Shown one piece after another: positions 1-8,512 of a stretch of 64,000 nucleotides of DNA. Positions within the stretch are counted from its first letter, which is position 1; each line of letters starts with the position of its first letter. The notes beneath the pieces were generated by a model. That model saw only the letters and a program-made list of their open reading frames with translations. It had not been told where the DNA came from and searched no databases. Made by a program: the position numbers and the translations under genes. Source of the DNA: Candidatus Binatus sp. (GTDB lineage Bacteria; Desulfobacterota; Binatia; Binatales; Binataceae); contig NZ_JAUSKL010000102.1 of NCBI RefSeq assembly GCF_030646925.1, positions 3,457 to 67,456 of the forward strand, given 5' to 3'.

Positions 1-1930
1 TCTCGAACACCACGGTGCCGTTGAGGCTGATCTGTCCGGTGAGCGATAGCCCATCCTGACCGATCCAGCTCGTCGTCTTCACTATCATCTGGCCGACTGA
101 CGGCAACTCGAGCGTTATCTGCGTATCGCCGTGGACCGCCGCACCTTGCGGATTCGAGTCCGTCACCGACGCGCGCGCGACGTGATTCATGTCGAACGCG
201 CCGCCATTAATCATGTTGCTCTGCTGATGCGATCCCGTGACGACGCTGGTGCGGCCGCTCGCCAGATCGCGTTCGATCGTCCATCGCGGCGTCATCGAAA
301 CGAAAAATGGCGAGCGCTGCACCGACGGATCGGGCCGCCGCACCTCGGCGTAGTTGCCGTTGTTTTTCGGCGGCGGCACGATCGGAATCCTGACGTGCGA
401 CCCGCGCCGCCCGCCGAAATACACGCGAATCGCCGGATTGGTCCGCGTCGGAAAGATGCGCGGAAAATCCGAACACGACACGCTGACGCGCAATCGATGC
501 CGCCGTCCGACCATGTATGACGTCGCGACCATCGGCACCCGCATCTCGATAACTTGTTCGAGCGGCACCGCCTCGGGATTTTCGAGTCCGTTGCGATACG
601 CCGCCTTCAGCCACCCGGTACTGATCAGCGACGAGCTGCCATCCGGCGCGACGTCGCACAGCTTTACCACCAGGTTCGCGTCGTCGCCGCGCTCGACCGC
701 GATTTTGATCGTCGCCTCGGGCGAACCGCTGATCTCCGTGTCCGCCTGCATCGCAGCGCTGGTGAATGCCACCGACGCAAGATCGTCGGGGCCCTGGTCG
801 AGCGGCAAACCTATACCGAGCGCGGTCGGATCCCACAGTCCCGCCAGCGTGCCGACCGACGGCCGCGCCTCGTACTGCTCGCTGCCGTCCTCGCCCGCCG
901 GATCGGTCGCCAGCGCGCGCTTCGCACCGAGATAAAAGTTGCTGAACGTCGTGCGCGAGACCGGCCACTTGCGCTCGCTGCGCCAACGATTCGCGCTGCC
1001 CTGCACGAAATACGTCACCGCCGGTTCGTTCTCGAGGCCGTTCTGCTCGTTCTTCACCCATCGATCGAAGAAGCGAACCATCTCCGGCAGATAGTCGAGC
1101 GGCTCGCGCGGCGAGAGATCGGGCAGCGTATGCATCCACGGCCCCATCAGCAGTTTCTTGTTCGCGCTGCCAAGCTGTTCGTACACGCGCGGCATCGCCT
1201 CGGGAAAAATGTCGCGCCATCCGCCGATCACAAACGCGGGAATCTTGATTTGCGAGCAATCGACCGCGCCCGACTGCCAGAACTCGTCGTGCGAAGGATG
1301 ATCCTGCCACGGATAGATGTACGGCATCGCATGCTCGAGCCGCTGCTGCCAGACCTTGTACCAACGGCCCGCCGGATCGATCAGCGTCGGCGGCATCAGG
1401 TTCATCGCGAGCATAAACGAGCCCCAGGCGCCGAACGACGGCAGGCAACTCAAGCATCCGCCGGAGTACAGGTAATCGATATAGATGTCGTCGGTGCCCA
1501 TGATCGGCACGATCGCTCTCAGATGCGGCGGCTGCTCGTACGCCACCTTCAACGACGAGATGCCGCCGTACGACATGCCGAACATGCCGACGTTGCCGTC
1601 GCACCACGGTTGCGCCGCGATCCATTCCACGGCTTCGGCGCCGTCGCGACCCTCGCCGCGATCCATCGCGCGATGCGGGATGCCGTCGGAACTGCCGAGC
1701 CCGCGAAAATCGATCAGCAGCACGTTGTAGCCGCGCGCGGCGAAATAGCGGCGCGGATATTCGTTCGAGGCGCCGATCAGATCGTCCTTGTGGTACGGGT
1801 AAAAACTGAGCAGCGCGGGAAAGCTGCCCTCGGCGTTCGGGCCATACAAGTCGGCCGCCAGCGTCGCGCCGTCGCTCAGCGGGATCAAGAGGTTGCGCTC
1901 GACTTTAACCTCGTACTTCGCGTTTTCCAT
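1..1930 (-). CDS. CocE/NonD-family alpha/beta hydrolase (S15 X-Pro dipeptidyl-peptidase-like); C-terminus lies beyond the window edge
   Basis: Not in the supplied ORF track because there is no stop inside the window. The reverse-strand frame from ATG 1930-1928 translates without stops to position 1. It reads MENAKYEVKVERNLLIPLSDGATLAADLYGP, LLIDFRGLGSSDG, the nucleophile elbow GMFGMSYGG, and later KLCDVAPDGSSSLISTGWLKAAYR, typical of the CocE/NonD C-terminal beta-sandwich. The listed ORFs 207..1625(-) and 554..1990(+) are off-frame or antisense artefacts. Confidence 0.85.
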   Translation of the reverse strand, partial: MENAKYEVKVERNLLIPLSDGATLAADLYGPNAEGSFPALLSFYPYHKDDLIGASNEYPRRYFAARGYNVLLIDFRGLGSSDGIPHRAMDRGEGRDGAEAVEWIAAQPWCDGNVGMFGMSYGGISSLKVAYEQPPHLRAIVPIMGTDDIYIDYLYSGGCLSCLPSFGAWGSFMLAMNLMPPTLIDPAGRWYKVWQQRLEHAMPYIYPWQDHPSHDEFWQSGAVDCSQIKIPAFVIGGWRDIFPEAMPRVYEQLGSANKKLLMGPWMHTLPDLSPREPLDYLPEMVRFFDRWVKNEQNGLENEPAVTYFVQGSANRWRSERKWPVSRTTFSNFYLGAKRALATDPAGEDGSEQYEARPSVGTLAGLWDPTALGIGLPLDQGPDDLASVAFTSAAMQADTEISGSPEATIKIAVERGDDANLVVKLCDVAPDGSSSLISTGWLKAAYRNGLENPEAVPLEQVIEMRVPMVATSYMVGRRHRLRVSVSCSDFPRIFPTRTNPAIRVYFGGRRGSHVRIPIVPPPKNNGNYAEVRRPDPSVQRSPFFVSMTPRWTIERDLASGRTSVVTGSHQQSNMINGGAFDMNHVARASVTDSNPQGAAVHGDTQITLELPSVGQMIVKTTSWIGQDGLSLTGQISLNGTVVFE

Positions 1931-2166
1931 TTGCCTGCGCCTCCGAAGGATTGTTCGGCACGACGCCGTTTTGACCGGCGATGCTGTTAAAGTCTCTTGT
2001 GGCACATGCATTTCGCTTTTCCAACCGCCGCCGCGACCGCCAAACGACCGCGCCGCCGTCCCGATTCCCGCGCTCGAAGCCGTTTGTCCTGCCGGTTGCC
2101 CTCGATGGCAGTAACTGTGGCCGCATGTATATTGCAGCCATCACCATTCGCAGCGATACTGCCTGC

Positions 2167-3231
2167 ATGAAGAAGCCGCGGCGCAATTCCCCGATCCCGC
2201 TCCGGCCCACGGCCCTACCCCATCTTGATCTGCACCGCAAGTCCATCAGCCGGCGCGTCGTGATGGTCGCGTTCGACGACGCCCAGGTGCTCGATATCAC
2301 CGGACCGCTCGAGGTGTTCGGCCGCACCGCGCGATTGCTCGACGATGAACGCCGATCGCGCACGCCCGCCTATGCGATCGAACTCGTCGCCAGCAAGTCT
2401 GGCGCGATCACCACTTCGTCCGGTCTGCGACTGCTCGCCGATCGCGCGATCGCCGAGGTGCGCGGACCAATCGACACGCTGATCGTCGCCGGTGGGCGCG
2501 GCGCCATCGCGGCGCTTGACGATCGCGCGTTGATCGGCTCGATTCGCCGCCTGGCTTCCCGCGTGCGGCGGCTCTGCTCCGTATGCACCGGCGCGTTCCT
2601 GCTCGCAGAAGCGGGATTGCTCGAAGGGCGCTCCGCCACGACACATTGGCGCCAATGCGAGGCGCTCGCGCGGCGCTATCCCGGCATCAAAGTCGAGACC
2701 GATCCGATCTTTGTGCGTGACGGCAACGTTTTTACTTCCGCCGGTGTCACCGCCGGAATCGATCTCGCGCTGGCGCTGGTCGAGCACGATCACGGCCGCG
2801 ACATCGCGCTCGCCGTCGCGCGCGAACTCGTGATGTTCCTGCGCCGCCCCGGCGGCCAATCGCAATTCTCCGTGCAGTTGAGGGCGCAAACGGCGGACCG
2901 CGAGCCGCTGCGCGAACTTCAGAACTGGATCGCGAACAATCCCGGCAAGGACCTCTCGATCGAAGCGCTCGCGCGCCGCACCGCGATGAGCCAGCGTAAT
3001 TTCGCCCGCGTCTTTACCCGCGAAGTCGGCCAGACGCCTGGCGAGTTCGTCGAAAACCTGCGGCTCGAAACCGCGCGCCGCCGACTCGAGGAATCCGCCG
3101 ACGGCGTCGATCTGATCGCGGCGGAATCCGGCTTCGGCACGCGCGAATCGATGCGCCGCGCGTTCGTGCGCAACCTTCACGTTCCGCCATCCGCGTATCG
3201 TAGCCGCTTCAACCAGAAACTAAGTGCATGA
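2167..3231 (+). CDS. GlxA-family transcriptional regulator (DJ-1/PfpI-like domain + AraC-type HTH)
   Basis: From ORF 1981..3231. N-domain motifs: VVMVAFDDAQVLDITGPLEVF and CSVCTGAFLLAEAGLLEGR. C-terminal AraC HTH: MSQRNFARVFTREVGQTPGEFVENLRLE. Start placed at ATG 2167 (MKKPRR), just before the first conserved strand; ATG 2263 is an alternative. Confidence 0.85.
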   Translation: MKKPRRNSPIPLRPTALPHLDLHRKSISRRVVMVAFDDAQVLDITGPLEVFGRTARLLDDERRSRTPAYAIELVASKSGAITTSSGLRLLADRAIAEVRGPIDTLIVAGGRGAIAALDDRALIGSIRRLASRVRRLCSVCTGAFLLAEAGLLEGRSATTHWRQCEALARRYPGIKVETDPIFVRDGNVFTSAGVTAGIDLALALVEHDHGRDIALAVARELVMFLRRPGGQSQFSVQLRAQTADREPLRELQNWIANNPGKDLSIEALARRTAMSQRNFARVFTREVGQTPGEFVENLRLETARRRLEESADGVDLIAAESGFGTRESMRRAFVRNLHVPPSAYRSRFNQKLSA

Positions 3232-3899
3232 CGCACAAGGAGATCGATATGCGAATCACTTTTCTGATTTTCGATGACCTCACCGCGCTCGATGCGATCG
3301 GCCCCTACGAAGTGCTGTGCCGCTTGCCCCAAGCCGAGGTCACCTTTGTCGGCGAGACCGCCGGCATCATGCGCACCGACCCGCGTTCGCTCGGCCTCGT
3401 CGCCGATCGTTCGATCGACGAGGTCGATAGCACCGACATCCTCGTTGTGCCCGGCGGAATCGGCGAAGAAAAGGTGCGCGCCAAACCGCACATGCTCGAT
3501 TGGGTTCGCCGCATCCACGAAACGACCCAATGGACCACCTCGGTATGCACCGGCGCGCTGGTGCTCGGCGCCGCTGGCCTTCTCAAGGGACTACCGGCAA
3601 CCACGCATTGGGCGTGGCGCGAGAAGTTGCGCGAGTTCGGCGCGGAGCCGCGCTCCGAGCGCGTCGTCGAACAGGGCAAGATCATCACTGCGGCGGGCGT
3701 GTCAGCGGGAATCGACATGGCGCTGCATCTCGCGCGCCGCGTCGCCGGCGATACTTACGCGCAGGCGATCCAGGTCGGTATCGAGTACGATCCGCAGCCG
3801 CCGTTCGACGGATGCGCCAGCCGCGCGCCCGCGCCAGTGCTGGGTTTGCTGCAATCGCTGTACGACGAGCGTTCCGCGCGCGCCGCCGCTAGACGTTAA
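3228..3899 (+). CDS. DJ-1/PfpI family protein
   Basis: Motifs ITFLIFDDLTALDAIGPYEVL, nucleophile elbow SVCTGALVLGAAGLL, and ITAAGVSAGIDMAL. The ATG overlaps the regulator stop (ATGA at 3228-3231), suggesting translational coupling. Confidence 0.85.
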   Translation: MTHKEIDMRITFLIFDDLTALDAIGPYEVLCRLPQAEVTFVGETAGIMRTDPRSLGLVADRSIDEVDSTDILVVPGGIGEEKVRAKPHMLDWVRRIHETTQWTTSVCTGALVLGAAGLLKGLPATTHWAWREKLREFGAEPRSERVVEQGKIITAAGVSAGIDMALHLARRVAGDTYAQAIQVGIEYDPQPPFDGCASRAPAPVLGLLQSLYDERSARAAARR

Positions 3900-4055
3900 A
3901 GCGTCCAGCTTGCGCTGGCGCAAAATCGATCTCTTCGAGCGGTTAGCCTTCTTCGACATGACTCGCTAAGGATATGTTCGTGCGCAGCTCCGAGTTGCCG
4001 CACCGATCATCAAGCGCGAGAGTCCTGTCAGAATGAAAGTAGATCCTTTCCGCCA

Positions 4056-5000
4056 ATGATTCCGAAGAAACTGCTGGTAGCCACCCGCGGCGAGATCGCG
4101 ATTCGCATCCTGCGCGCTGCGTCGGAACTTGGCGTCCCGACCGTCGCGATTTTTTCCGAAGACGATTCGCTCTCGCTTCACATTCGCAAAGCCGACCAGG
4201 CGATTCCGCTGAATGGCGTCGGGGCTGCGGCATATGCGGATATCGAGCAGATCCTTTCGATTGCAAAAGCGGCCGGATGCGACGCGATTCATCCGGGTTG
4301 CGGCTTTCGGAGTGAGAGCGCGCAATTCGCGCGGCGATGCGGCGACGCCGGAATCACATTTGTAGGGCCGCGCGCCGAAATCTTCGATCTGTTCAGCGAC
4401 GAGCAGCAAGCGCGAGTATTGGCCGAGCGATGCGGCGTCCCGATTGTGCACGATGCATCGACGCCGCCGCGCTCGCGCCGCATCGAAGTGCAAATCGTCG
4501 GCGATGGCGCGAGCGTATGCCATCTCTTCGAACGCGAAACCAGTATCCAGCTAGTCGATCAAGCGATCGTCGCAGTCGCGCCATGTCCGAGCCTCGACGC
4601 GGCGATGCGTCTCGCGAAAGAAGTGAGTCTCGACGGCCTCGCCACGTTTGAGTTTCTCATCATCGAAAACGCTGGCGACGACGATGGATTCGCGTTCGTC
4701 AACGCGAAGCCCGGACTTCAGCCTGAGCACCCCGTGACCGAGGAAATTCTCAGCATCGACCTGGTCAAAACCGAGTTGAAACTCGCGGGCAAAACGTCGC
4801 TGCAGGAAATCGGTCCAGGGCAAAATGAAATTGCGAAGCCGCGCGGCTTCGCGATCCAGCTTCGAATCAACGCCGAATCGATCGACGCGAACGGTACGAT
4901 CAAGCCGGCGACAGGAACGCTCACCGCGTTTGAAATGCCGTCGGGACCGGGCATCCGGGTCGATACGTCCGCGTATGCTAAGGCTCACGCTCACTCTTGA
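4056..5000 (+). pseudogene. degenerate biotin carboxylase (ATP-grasp carboxylase) homolog, internally deleted and C-terminally truncated
   Basis: The N-terminus is canonical (KLLVATRGEIAIRILRAASELGVPTVAIFS, HPGCGFRSESAQFA). The glycine-rich ATP-binding segment between GVPIV and RRIEVQIVGDG is missing. ERDCSxQRR is replaced by ERETSIQLVD, and EMNTRxQVEHPVTE by VNAKPGLQPEHPVTE. The ORF has 314 aa versus about 450 for AccC-type enzymes and stops about 33 nt before a dispersed repeat. Confidence 0.55.
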
Positions 5001-5032
5001 GCGGTCGCCTGCGCGCGCAAGGAGGGGAACGG

Positions 5033-5078
5033 CGGAGTGCGAAAACCCTCATGCGTGGAATTTACCTTGAGCCTCGAA
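5033..5078. repeat. 46-nt dispersed intergenic repeat, copy 1 (copy 2 at 9547..9591)
   Basis: cggagtgcgaaaaccctcatgcgtggaatttaccttgagcctcgaa aligns with cggagtgcgaaacccctcacggtggagtttaccctgagcctcgaa, with about 5 differences including 1 indel. Both copies lie just downstream of a stop codon. Confidence 0.8.
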
Positions 5079-5133
5079 CAGGCGCTTCAGAGGTTGATGA
5101 GATGAGCGCTGCGCGGTTAGCAGGACTGACTTA

Positions 5134-5159
5134 AGGAATGTTTCACGTGCAACATTCCT
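5134..5159. repeat. 26-nt near-perfect palindrome between convergent genes
   Basis: aggaatgtt-tcacgtgc-aacattcct: a 9-bp stem whose 8-nt loop contains the palindrome cacgtg. There is no adjacent T-run, so it is not a classical terminator. Confidence 0.5.
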
Positions 5160-5405
5160 ATCACCCATCCCGTCCGCCGTGTGCGTAGCTGATGGTGCGA
5201 AAATTCCGGCGCATCCTGCTGAAACAGGACGTTTATTTAGGACGAAACGCGGATATACTGATGATCCGCAAGCAGGAAGTGCGGAAGGGTCATCCGATTA
5301 CGCTCGAGCGCAAGGGCTGGATGGGCCGATCTCGGTGCACACGGTGATCATCGCGCGCAAGAATTCGTAGCCGAGATTTTCTTTTTCTCCGCGCTGATTC
5401 TTTCA

Positions 5406-6647
5406 CTAATTGGTGGGATTCTTGGCGCTGTAGTTGGGCTTCGGATAATCGAAATACGTCACCCAGCAGCCATCGAACTCCTCGAATTCCGGCCCGCGAG
5501 GCGTACCCATCAGGACTTCGTACGAACCTGATTTCGTGAAGATAAGCTGCGGCGGTTTCAAGGTATGAGGGCTGTTCCATCCCCATGAATTCCACAAGGA
5601 GCCGCGCGCAGAGGTGGTAAGAATCTTGATCTGCTTCATTCTGGCAAATTCGGGGTCCGGGATTACTGGGGCAATCGTGTCGGGATATTTGCCGCCCGCA
5701 TTAGGTTCAAATGAAATCAGGAATGTGTCTATGTGCATGATGGCAAAATCTAGACCTCCGTGCGGCTCTGGAAGGTCCACCGTCAAGGTGTCGCCACGAT
5801 ACAAAACCTTGGGCGAGCAGTGCAGGCTGTCCTCGATGGCGGTCACAGGTTGTATCGCAGCAAAAACGACTGACGCGACTGAGATCGCGAATGCCAAACA
5901 CTTAATGGCCAAATGGTTTCGATCGTCAAAACTGTACATGATAATGTGGTCCCGATGTTCGTTTTCTCTCGACGCCCTCGCGCCCGCATCTCTCGCCAAG
6001 CGTTCGAAAGTATCGCGCTGCTCTGACGTCATCGTGCGGTTTCGCACGTCCACCGCCCGCGCCCGCAGATGCTGTGAGATAAGAACGCCTCTGGACACCT
6101 GCCCTTCGATTACGCGCGTAATCGCATCGACCGCATCATACCGGCTCGCCCCCGTCGTCTGCTGATGGTTGTAGGCCGTCCAAATCTCATCGGCAGCCTC
6201 ATAGTTGCTGTACAGATTGCGAGGATCCTGGCCGTTCCGCATATTTGTGTACATCGCTTCGGCTTGAGATCTCGCTGTGCGAGTACCGCTGGTGACAGTT
6301 AGGTCCATTCCCGTCTCTAGATAGTATCGCTCGGCAAGGTTTTCCATAAACGACCGCGCTTCCGATGTAAGCTCAATGTCTGCTTCGATCGTGTAGTGGG
6401 GCCGGCGGCTGCTATCGGAAGGCGGGCTGAAACCGTCTCGGATTGCTCGCTCGATGGTGGCAGGATCGACGATGCCGGTTACCTTGAGCCACGATTCCTT
6501 CTGGTAAACCTCGGTCGCTTCCTCTGTCTCTTCGCCGAAATCGCCGTCGATCGAGCCGTCATAAAATCCCCTCGAGTCAAGGAATTGTTGCCATCTGACA
6601 ACGTCAGATCCGCGCATATGTGGTCTGGTCAGACTCAGAGGTCTCAT
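5406..6647 (-). CDS. composite protein: PG_binding_1 domain + VanY/M15-like (LAS-type) peptidase module, then an internal signal-peptide-like hydrophobic segment and a ~145-aa unknown module
   Basis: From ORF 5406..6728. Start moved to ATG 6647, which is preceded by GGAAGGAG. PG-binding motif: VVRWQQFLDSRGFYDGSIDGDFGEETEEATEVYQ. M15/VanY-like motifs: LTVTSGTRTARSQ, SQHLRARAVDV and EHRDH. This is followed in frame by MYSFDDRNHLAIKCLAFAISVASVVFAAIQPVTA. GC by hand count is 24/60 (5701-5760) and 31/60 (6301-6360). Confidence 0.7.
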   Translation of the reverse strand: MRPLSLTRPHMRGSDVVRWQQFLDSRGFYDGSIDGDFGEETEEATEVYQKESWLKVTGIVDPATIERAIRDGFSPPSDSSRRPHYTIEADIELTSEARSFMENLAERYYLETGMDLTVTSGTRTARSQAEAMYTNMRNGQDPRNLYSNYEAADEIWTAYNHQQTTGASRYDAVDAITRVIEGQVSRGVLISQHLRARAVDVRNRTMTSEQRDTFERLARDAGARASRENEHRDHIIMYSFDDRNHLAIKCLAFAISVASVVFAAIQPVTAIEDSLHCSPKVLYRGDTLTVDLPEPHGGLDFAIMHIDTFLISFEPNAGGKYPDTIAPVIPDPEFARMKQIKILTTSARGSLWNSWGWNSPHTLKPPQLIFTKSGSYEVLMGTPRGPEFEEFDGCWVTYFDYPKPNYSAKNPTN

Positions 6648-6663
6648 CTGGTTTGTCTCCTTC

Positions 6664-6790
6664 CTAGCAGGTTGCGGAAAAAGTGTTTTTAACCCCTGAC
6701 AACATTGATCCAAGACGCACTCTCGCAATCGTAGTAATGCTTACTCTTCGCCGAAATCGTCTTTCGCCGGGTTTTTCCGCAACCTGCTAG
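6664..6790. repeat. 127-bp unit bounded by perfect 19-bp inverted repeats
   Basis: 6664-6682 ctagcaggttgcggaaaaa is the exact reverse complement of 6772-6790 tttttccgcaacctgctag. The spacer is 89 nt. The proximal arm abuts the Shine-Dalgarno of the gene starting at 6647. Confidence 0.9.
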
Positions 6791-7177
6791 AGAATCGAGC
6801 AGCCCCTAAAACCAAATCGAGCGCATTAGACCGATTCTCGATTGCTCTCGAAATGACACGATCTGCCCGTAGCCGTAAGGGTGAACAATTTCAGGGCAAA
6901 GAAACGTCCAACCCTTGAACGCTCTGTGTGGGCGAAAACCATTCTTGCAGGGTGCGTTGCACAATCAATTGATGTTCGATAGGTCTAGGCGCGCATCGAT
7001 CCGGCCGAGACGCGGCGCTGGATCATGAACGGGATGCGTGCGATGCCGCCGCTAAAACCACGAACGGGAAAGAAACATAGCTACATCGATAGCTGGTGAG
7101 CGCAAAAATATAACGCTCAGAGCAATAGCTACTTGGATTTGCGAGAATAGCAACATCAATGTACAGGAGCGGTCAAG

Positions 7178-8500
7178 ATGAAAATTGGCTATTTCACGGA
7201 ACGGCCGGTGCGATACGTTCCCGAGGAAGTGATTCTGCGCAACGGCGGACACTTTGGGGTGTCGAATAGCTACTTCGATCGCGAGAAGGCGGCCGATGAC
7301 TATAACTATTTCATCGACGAGAACCTTTACGCGGAAGAATTGGGCTTCGACATAATCGCGCTGAATGAGCATCACGGCAATCCGTTTTGCATGGGCAGCG
7401 TGATGAACGTCGAGGCGGCGATTCTGGCGCGGCTCTCGAAAAAGGCGCGGATTCTTTTGATCGGCAACCCGCTGCCGGTGCTGAAGCATCCGCTGCGCAT
7501 GGCGGAAGAGCTGGCCGAGATCGATCTCATCTCGCGCGGGCGACTCATCACCGGATGGGTGCGCGGTGCGGGCAGCGAGCAGTTCTTCAACAATGCGAAT
7601 CCGGCCTACAATCGCGAACTGTTCGAAGAGGCGCACGATTTCATCGTGCAGGCGTGGACCAGGCCCGGCCCGTGGCGCTACGAGGGCAAGCATTTTCACT
7701 ATCGGCACGTGAATCCGTGGGCGCTGCCATATCAGAAGCCGCATCCGCCGATGTGGATTCCCGGAGTCATCAGCCCCGAGACGGTGAAGTGGTGCGCCGA
7801 GCATAACTATCCATATTTTGGACTTGGCACTTCGCTGGGGCCGACCTGCGACTTGTGGGAATACTATGCGGACGAAGCCGCCAAGCACGGCTATCAGGCC
7901 GGGCCGGAGAATTTTGGCTACGTGATACCGACCTTCGTCGCCGAGACCGAAGCGCGCGCGCAGGAACTAGGCAAGGGCTTCCTGTTCGGCGGCGGGCAGA
8001 ACTCGTTCGCGCGCGTCGAGCATACCCTGCCTCCCGGCTACAACTCGCAGGACGCGATTCGCAGGATGTCCAAGCAGCCGCAGGGAAGCTGGCTCGGCGT
8101 GAGCGGCGACAAACTGCGCGGGCATTCCGAAGAGCAGAAGATCGATCCGGAAGCGGTCAGGGCAAGGCTCGAGCCGGGCTATAAGAAGGCGCAGCATCAG
8201 TTGCAACTGATCATCGGAACGCCAAAGCAAGTGACATCGAAACTGAAGAGCATCCTGAGCGTGCTGCGTCCCGGCGCGGTGGTGGTGTTCAACGTGCAAG
8301 GACCGGTGACGAATGAAGATCGGCAGACCAGCATGCGGCTGATCGCGCAGGAGGTCATCCCGGCGCTGCGCGAGCATGCCAAGGCGAACGATCTACCCGA
8401 TGCACTCGAGAAACCGCCCGGCTCGGTAAAGCTGACCTCGGGCACCGCGCGGATACCGGTGTCGGATCGCGGTCCGCTGAAGGAACTGGGTTTGATTTAG
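7178..8500 (+). CDS. LLM-class flavin-dependent oxidoreductase (luciferase-like monooxygenase), long form
   Basis: Motifs MKIGYFTERP..., GFDIIALNEHHGNPF, LAEIDLISRGRLITGWVRGAG. RBS caggag lies upstream of the ATG. Confidence 0.85.
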   Translation: MKIGYFTERPVRYVPEEVILRNGGHFGVSNSYFDREKAADDYNYFIDENLYAEELGFDIIALNEHHGNPFCMGSVMNVEAAILARLSKKARILLIGNPLPVLKHPLRMAEELAEIDLISRGRLITGWVRGAGSEQFFNNANPAYNRELFEEAHDFIVQAWTRPGPWRYEGKHFHYRHVNPWALPYQKPHPPMWIPGVISPETVKWCAEHNYPYFGLGTSLGPTCDLWEYYADEAAKHGYQAGPENFGYVIPTFVAETEARAQELGKGFLFGGGQNSFARVEHTLPPGYNSQDAIRRMSKQPQGSWLGVSGDKLRGHSEEQKIDPEAVRARLEPGYKKAQHQLQLIIGTPKQVTSKLKSILSVLRPGAVVVFNVQGPVTNEDRQTSMRLIAQEVIPALREHAKANDLPDALEKPPGSVKLTSGTARIPVSDRGPLKELGLI

Positions 8501-8512
8501 CGAGGGGGCAAG

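Noticed and set aside
207-1990. Long track ORFs 207..1625(-, 472 aa) and 554..1990(+, 478 aa)
   Set aside because: Their products are Arg/Ala/Gly-rich with no motifs. They are off-frame or antisense to the convincing CocE/NonD frame that runs 1930 to 1.
6528-6759. 16-nt direct repeat ctcttcgccgaaatcg (6528-6543 and 6744-6759)
   Set aside because: An exact 16-mer recurrence is roughly expected by chance at this window size and composition. I see no supporting structure.
7077-7132. ATAGCTAC at 7077-7084 and 7125-7132 plus ATAGCTG at 7089-7095, upstream of the first LLM gene
   Set aside because: This could be an operator, but an 8-mer repeat within about 60 nt of an AT-richer spacer is not statistically compelling. 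No regulator gene is adjacent.
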